Below are positions 58,954 to 64,000 of a DNA stretch of 64,000 nt, piece after piece. Source of the stretch: Candidatus Heimdallarchaeota archaeon (GTDB lineage: Archaea > Asgardarchaeota > Heimdallarchaeia > Hodarchaeales > Hodarchaeaceae); NCBI GenBank assembly GCA_011364965.1, contig RDOB01000001.1, positions 32,001 through 96,000 on the forward strand. The letters are read 5' to 3'. The position numbers and the translations under genes are program-made. Every line of letters begins with the position of its first letter. Within the stretch, counting starts at the first letter, position 1. The notes under the pieces are model-generated. The model was given only the letters and a program-made list of their open reading frames with translations, did not search any database and was not told the DNA's origin.

Positions 58954-60486
58954 GTGTGGATCATGAACTCAGAGAAAATTACTTCTTTAGATATGGCAAT
59001 TACTGATGTTAATTCAGAATTTTTAGGAATCAATAGACGTCTTTTAATGGAAAACGCGGGTTCAGGACTTGTACATTTAATATTAAAAATAGTTAAAGAA
59101 CAAAAAACCGAAATGAAAGATTTTAATGTTGTAATATTTGCAGGAAAAGGGGGAAATGGAGGAGATGGAATGGTAGTAGCACGTCACATTTCTAGGTATT
59201 ATTCAGTGGCTTTATATTTATTGGGGATCGCCAAAGAAATAGAAAAGCAATCAACTTTAGAGAATTGGAAAATATTAGAAAATATACAAGAATCTGTCTC
59301 TGTTCATCAGATTACTCAAGTAGAACAGGTTAAAAATTTGAATATAAAACCTAATTCCTTGATAATTGACGCTTTACTGGGAACTGGATTAAGGGGTGAA
59401 ATTCGGGAACCTTTAGCTTCGTTAATAAAAGCAATCAATGCATCAAAACGTCAAGGATCTATTGTATTGAGTATTGATACACCTTCTGGGATTGATCCAG
59501 ATTCAGGGAAATCAGCGAAAATTTTTGTGAAAGCAGATTATACAGGAGTTCTCCATAAACAAAAAATTGGATTAAAACCGGAAAACTCAGGGAAAATTCA
59601 TATTATTCCCATTGGAATTCCAAAAGAAGCTGAATTCGTAGTAGGACCAGGTGATTTGAAAGCACTAAAAAATAGATCTAATTGGTCAAAAAAAGGAGAC
59701 AATGGTAAAATTTTGGTAATTGGGGGGAATGAATTATATACTGGGGCTCCAGCATTATCTGGATTAGCAGCGATCTGTGCTGGTGCTGATCTCGTGACTT
59801 TATTTGTTCCTTCAAAGATAAGTGGTGTAATTCGTTCTTATTCTCCAGAATTGATTGTTAAAGAATTTAATGGAAATCATCTTGCACCCGAATTTATTCC
59901 TGAGAAAGAAATTACTGAAAATGACGTAATTGTTATTGGACCTGGCCTAGGCCGACAAGAAACCACGAAACAAGCGATTCATGAGATCCTAAATCTAGAA
60001 GGTATAAATGATCATACAATTATTATTGACGCGGATGCCTTAAAACTAATTAATCTATCTGAAATATCTTCCAACACTATACTCACACCTCATGCGGGAG
60101 AATTTGCATTGATGACGGGAATAAAACTTCCTCAGTCTCAAGATAGTTTTAACCATCGTTTAAAACTATTCTTGGAAATTTCTAAAGAAAATAAAGGAAT
60201 CTGGGTTTTAAAGGGACATTGGGATGTTATAACAAATGGAGTACGATTTAAAATTAATAAATCAGGAACTCCTTGGATGACACGTGGGGGAACAGGAGAC
60301 GTTTTAGCTGGATTGATTGCAGGATTAGTTTCACAATCTATCTCTCCCTTTCATGCATCATGTATAGGAACCTACATTAATGGAAGAGCTGGAGAACTAT
60401 CTGGGGAAAGATTTGGTATTAATGATTTACTAAAAAATATCCCAATTGCCATTAGAGAGAGTTTAGATTTCATTAGGAAGGATTGA
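58954..60486 (+). CDS. nnr: Bifunctional NAD(P)H-hydrate epimerase/dehydratase
   Basis: LMENAG, GNGGDG, DALLGTG, KGDNG, DADAL, TPHAGEF, GGTGD. Confidence 0.95.
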   Translation: MWIMNSEKITSLDMAITDVNSEFLGINRRLLMENAGSGLVHLILKIVKEQKTEMKDFNVVIFAGKGGNGGDGMVVARHISRYYSVALYLLGIAKEIEKQSTLENWKILENIQESVSVHQITQVEQVKNLNIKPNSLIIDALLGTGLRGEIREPLASLIKAINASKRQGSIVLSIDTPSGIDPDSGKSAKIFVKADYTGVLHKQKIGLKPENSGKIHIIPIGIPKEAEFVVGPGDLKALKNRSNWSKKGDNGKILVIGGNELYTGAPALSGLAAICAGADLVTLFVPSKISGVIRSYSPELIVKEFNGNHLAPEFIPEKEITENDVIVIGPGLGRQETTKQAIHEILNLEGINDHTIIIDADALKLINLSEISSNTILTPHAGEFALMTGIKLPQSQDSFNHRLKLFLEISKENKGIWVLKGHWDVITNGVRFKINKSGTPWMTRGGTGDVLAGLIAGLVSQSISPFHASCIGTYINGRAGELSGERFGINDLLKNIPIAIRESLDFIRKD

Positions 60487-60503
60487 AATCATATAAAGAC
60501 GGA

Positions 60504-61109
60504 TTAATACTGAATACCAGTTACCTCAAAAGCATCGATCTCTTCCAAGATCGAATAAATTTTCTCAATCGACTGGTAAACGTACTCTTCTTTCTTTGCT
60601 CCAGTGCAAACTAACTTTCCTGATTGAAAAAGTAGTAAAACAACTTTAGGATCCTGCATACGATAGATTAATCCTGGAAATTGCTCTGGTTCGTACATTG
60701 AATGTTCTAAAAGTAGAGCAGCAAGCTCTAAGTTGATTCGTTTTCCCAACGTCCCCGATGCTACAATATTTTGGACGGTAATTGTCGCTTCATGCTTTAC
60801 ATTGTGACCTGCTTGCCTAAGTAATTCAGAAATTACCTCAACTGCTTCCTCAATCATAGGAACTGATTTAGCTCCCGTGACAACTAATTTTCCAGATGAA
60901 AATACTAAAATCGACACTTTAGGCTTTTTAATTTTCACAACTACCCCAGGAAATTGTTCGGGTATATAAGAAACTTGCACATCTCCCGGTAACCTACTTG
61001 CGGCCCTTTCTAATTTTATTTTGCATCTTAGATCAACTGAAGCTACAACATTTTGAACTTCTGCAAATAAATCTTCTCTCTCTGAATCTGTTGACATAAA
61101 TACCACCAC
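60504..61109 (-). CDS. tbp: TATA-box binding protein
   Basis: Two repeats: QNVVAS..YIPEQFPG..FSSGKLVVTGAK and QNIVAS..YEPEQFPG..FQSGKLVCTGAK. Confidence 0.98.
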   Translation of the reverse strand: MVVFMSTDSEREDLFAEVQNVVASVDLRCKIKLERAASRLPGDVQVSYIPEQFPGVVVKIKKPKVSILVFSSGKLVVTGAKSVPMIEEAVEVISELLRQAGHNVKHEATITVQNIVASGTLGKRINLELAALLLEHSMYEPEQFPGLIYRMQDPKVVLLLFQSGKLVCTGAKKEEYVYQSIEKIYSILEEIDAFEVTGIQY

Positions 61110-61640
61110 GGCCTGATCTAGATTTCTTAATAATAATTAAATAATACATGGGAAGTGATTTTGGATTTTGGAACCCAGAAAACTTTAAACTCTCTATATT
61201 TTCCGTGTATTTTTATAAGTTTATAAAGTCGTTTATAAAGGATTTAAAATCTTTATTAAAAAAATTGCATTAAATGCCTTTTCTCATCATATTTTTCACT
61301 AGAGTCTACTCTTAGAGTAACGACTAAGATATTTTGATAATATTTCTGTAGTGCTATCAAAATATTGCAGGAATAAGAAAACTTATAATTTCAGTTTTTT
61401 AATAAAACTCTGAATTAGCTTTAATGCCTTCTTTCTTATCAAAGAAACTGAAATTCTAAATATTTCTCTATATAATAGGTAAAAATTGCTATTTCGAATT
61501 TTATTGAATTAGATATCTTTAGTAAGAAAGCAAATAGATTATCAAGTTCATTACATATTGAAAAGCTCCAATATACCTCCCATAAATACTTAAAAGCTTT
61601 TTCACAGAATAATTTATGAGTTCTGGAGGGCCGTTTTTCT

Positions 61641-62576
61641 TTGCCACAAGAACCTAAATGTCCCGAATGCGGTAGTGTAGATATAGTTAGTGATTTTACT
61701 AAAGGTACCTCTGTTTGCGCTTCATGTGGATTGGTTCTTGACTTTACACTTGATACTGGACCTGAATGGAGAGCTTATGATTCAAGTGAACTTCAAGAAA
61801 GGTCAAGGACTGGAAGCCCTATTACTCCTCTTAAGGCTGAAATGGGCCTTAGAACTCAAATTGGAAACATCAGAAAAGATATTTCGGGAAAAACGTTACC
61901 TTTTACGTCTCAAACAAAATATAGAAGACTTTCACGTATTGATAATAGGACAAGAAAGTCTGAAATCCGCAATCTACGATTTGCATTAAAAGAATTGAAA
62001 AGAATTAAGAGTCAACTTGAATTACCAGACGATGTTGCTGAAATGGGAGCGATGATTTATAGAAAAGCACTCAAGAAGAACCTAATCCGTGGTAGATCTA
62101 TTGATGGAATGATTGCAGCTAGTTTATATCTTGCCTGTAGGAAGAAAAAACTACCTCAAACTCTCAAAGATATTGCATCAGTTTCTAATATTTCCGCTAA
62201 AGAATTAGGACGATGTATTAGAATTATATTACAAAAATTAGACCTAAAAGTCTCACCAAGTGACTATTCTGCTCTTGTTTATCGTTTAGGTATCAACTTG
62301 CGAGTTACAATGAAAGCTCGACGTCAAGCAGTTAAAATATTAAATATAGCTCGTTCACGAGGGGCTACTGTTGGAAAAAATCCCATGAGTCTTGCTGCTG
62401 CTGCTTTATATATCTCAACTATCCAGACAGGGGAACGTAGAACTCAACAAGAAATAGCTAGTATAGCAAAAATTACTCCAGTAACAATTCGAAATCGTTT
62501 CAAAGAACTAGTTAAAATCTTAGATGCTGAATCGAAAAGAACAGGTAATGATACTTTTAGAACGTTGCTGATTTAA
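61641..62576 (+). CDS. tfb: Transcription initiation factor IIB
   Basis: CPECG..CASCG, GPEWR, two cyclin folds, VTIRNRFKEL. Confidence 0.97.
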   Translation: MPQEPKCPECGSVDIVSDFTKGTSVCASCGLVLDFTLDTGPEWRAYDSSELQERSRTGSPITPLKAEMGLRTQIGNIRKDISGKTLPFTSQTKYRRLSRIDNRTRKSEIRNLRFALKELKRIKSQLELPDDVAEMGAMIYRKALKKNLIRGRSIDGMIAASLYLACRKKKLPQTLKDIASVSNISAKELGRCIRIILQKLDLKVSPSDYSALVYRLGINLRVTMKARRQAVKILNIARSRGATVGKNPMSLAAAALYISTIQTGERRTQQEIASIAKITPVTIRNRFKELVKILDAESKRTGNDTFRTLLI

Positions 62577-62586
62577 TGATTAAATT

Positions 62587-63318
62587 CTAGGTTTCTTCGA
62601 TGGAAGCAATTCTACCATCTCTAATGTGAAATATACGACTAGATTGCCTTGCTATATTCGGATCGTGCGTTACCAAGACCAATGTCTGATTTTCAGTCCG
62701 ATTTACCTCTCTAAGTAATTTAAGAACGGATTGTCCAGTTTCTGTGTCCAAATCTCCAGTAGGTTCGTCTGCAAGTAAAATAGATGGTCGATTTGCCAAG
62801 GATCTAGCAATAGCGACTCTTTGTCTTTCTCCTCCACTCAACTCATCTGGTTTATGATCTTTCCGGTTTAACAAATCAACTTTCTCTAAAAGCTCCAATG
62901 CTCGACTAGTACGCTCATCTTTCGCTACCCCAGCAATTAACATTGGTAATTCAACATTTTCTACAGCGGTAAGAACAGGTAATAGATTATAGAATTGGAA
63001 AATGAAACCAACACTTTTTCTTCGGATTTCGGTTAATTCTTTCTCGTTCGCATTCGAAACATCGCGCCCTTCGATGAAGATTTTCCCTGAGCTTGGATAG
63101 TCGAGAGAACCAATGATATTCAAAAGAGTTGTTTTGCCACAACCAGAGGGTCCCATGATACTTACCATTTCCCCACGATTAATTGTCATATTGATACCTC
63201 TTAGGGCTTCTACTCTCACTTCACCCAAAATGTAGATTTTACGTAGGTCTACACATCTTAAAACAGCATCAGATCCACTGGTATTGGTGTTTGTCATTAT
63301 TTGATCCTCTAAGCTCAA
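62587..63318 (-). CDS. ABC transporter ATP-binding protein (LolD/MacB family)
   Basis: GPSGCGKT, LSGGERQR, LADEPTGDLD, VTHD. Confidence 0.95.
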   Translation of the reverse strand: MSLEDQIMTNTNTSGSDAVLRCVDLRKIYILGEVRVEALRGINMTINRGEMVSIMGPSGCGKTTLLNIIGSLDYPSSGKIFIEGRDVSNANEKELTEIRRKSVGFIFQFYNLLPVLTAVENVELPMLIAGVAKDERTSRALELLEKVDLLNRKDHKPDELSGGERQRVAIARSLANRPSILLADEPTGDLDTETGQSVLKLLREVNRTENQTLVLVTHDPNIARQSSRIFHIRDGRIASIEET

Positions 63319-63397
63319 TCCAGCATATCTAAGATAGTATTTATAAATAATTAGATAGAAGTTATTCTACTGGATTAATGGTGGTGCCAAATCAAGT

Positions 63398-63850
63398 ATG
63401 TTAAATAAACTCCTAGAGAATCCTAATGTGCTTGAAATATTATCTCTACTCTGCGAACGTAATATGACATTACCAGAAATTATTTCTGTTAAAAAGGAAA
63501 TAGAAGGACAAAAAATTCTTGCTTTCCTAGGAGAATTGTCATATTACGGAATAATTTCAGTAGAAAAAGAACAGGGGAAGAAGAAGAAAGATAATGATAG
63601 TCAAAACCCGAACTCTCCTCTATTGGGAGAAAATTTCACCCCAATGTCTATATTGGAAATAAATTCTCCTTTTTTTGGGTTATCTGCGATTGAATTCACT
63701 ACTATTTGGGAAGAAGTTAATAAAGATTCTGATAAAGTAGAATTTTTAACCTCTAATCAGATAAATTTTTCTCTTTCACATGAAATTAAAGCGAAATTGA
63801 AAAATTGTGATGTTAAAGAAATTAAAGAGATTTTCACACTATCTGCATAA
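63398..63850 (+). CDS. Hypothetical protein, possible N-terminal winged helix
   Basis: LEILSLL..MTLPEI..LGELSYYGII pattern. Confidence 0.55.
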   Translation: MLNKLLENPNVLEILSLLCERNMTLPEIISVKKEIEGQKILAFLGELSYYGIISVEKEQGKKKKDNDSQNPNSPLLGENFTPMSILEINSPFFGLSAIEFTTIWEEVNKDSDKVEFLTSNQINFSLSHEIKAKLKNCDVKEIKEIFTLSA

Positions 63851-64000
63851 GATTTTTGAAGGTGATGTCTCCTAAAATTAAACAAAACTTAAAATAAAGG
63901 GAGATTTAACTTAAGAATAACCTCAATGCCCAAAATTACCAGAATAAAGACAATTAAAGCCATTAAATAACGAAAAAGTTTTTCAAGACGATTCAAAGTA

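Noticed and set aside
743-61989. Many short or antisense ORFs in the track (e.g. 11898-12353, 20079-20657, 44471-44902, 45281-45853, 28377-28670)
   Set aside because: They lie inside well-supported genes on the opposite strand or in another frame and have no recognisable motifs; treated as shadow ORFs.
1-64000. CRISPR arrays, IS elements, integrases, rRNA genes
   Set aside because: No regularly spaced repeats, transposase or integrase motifs, or rRNA-like sequence were seen by eye, including next to the two tRNAs.

Overview
AT-rich archaeal chromosome segment, most consistent with an Asgard archaeon (Heimdallarchaeia/Hodarchaeales-like). That assignment is inferred from archaeal core genes mixed with eukaryotic-signature proteins: Arf GTPases, roadblock proteins, ubiquitin machinery, Vps22, TRAP-beta, Rpo8 and RPA32/RPA14. 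Most of the window is housekeeping: thrS, eIF2 alpha/beta, ribosomal proteins, GINS, PolB1, RNAP subunits, KEOPS, C/D and H/ACA RNP proteins, TBP/TFB and two intron-containing tRNAs. The standout is a ~10 kb locus (2.9-12.7 kb). It encodes two Arf GTPases, a CCDC47/DUF1682-like membrane protein, a JAB protease, a canonical E2, a UEV-like protein, a Ubl with UFM1-like motifs, a UBA3-like E1, a UFL1/DDRGK1-like winged-helix-repeat protein carrying RING-like fingers, an SPFH protein and a Vps22 homologue. Together these make a candidate archaeal, membrane- or translocon-linked UFMylation-like system. Other highlights are a tRNA-Thr with a D-loop intron, four genes that appear to start at near-cognate codons (ATT, CTG, ATT, ACG), a probably inactivated LAGLIDADG-fold protein, a polyproline protein with a WASP-like acidic Trp tail, and a multi-hairpin element upstream of SmAP3. 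All homology calls come from motif recognition by eye and remembered family consensus; no database search was run.
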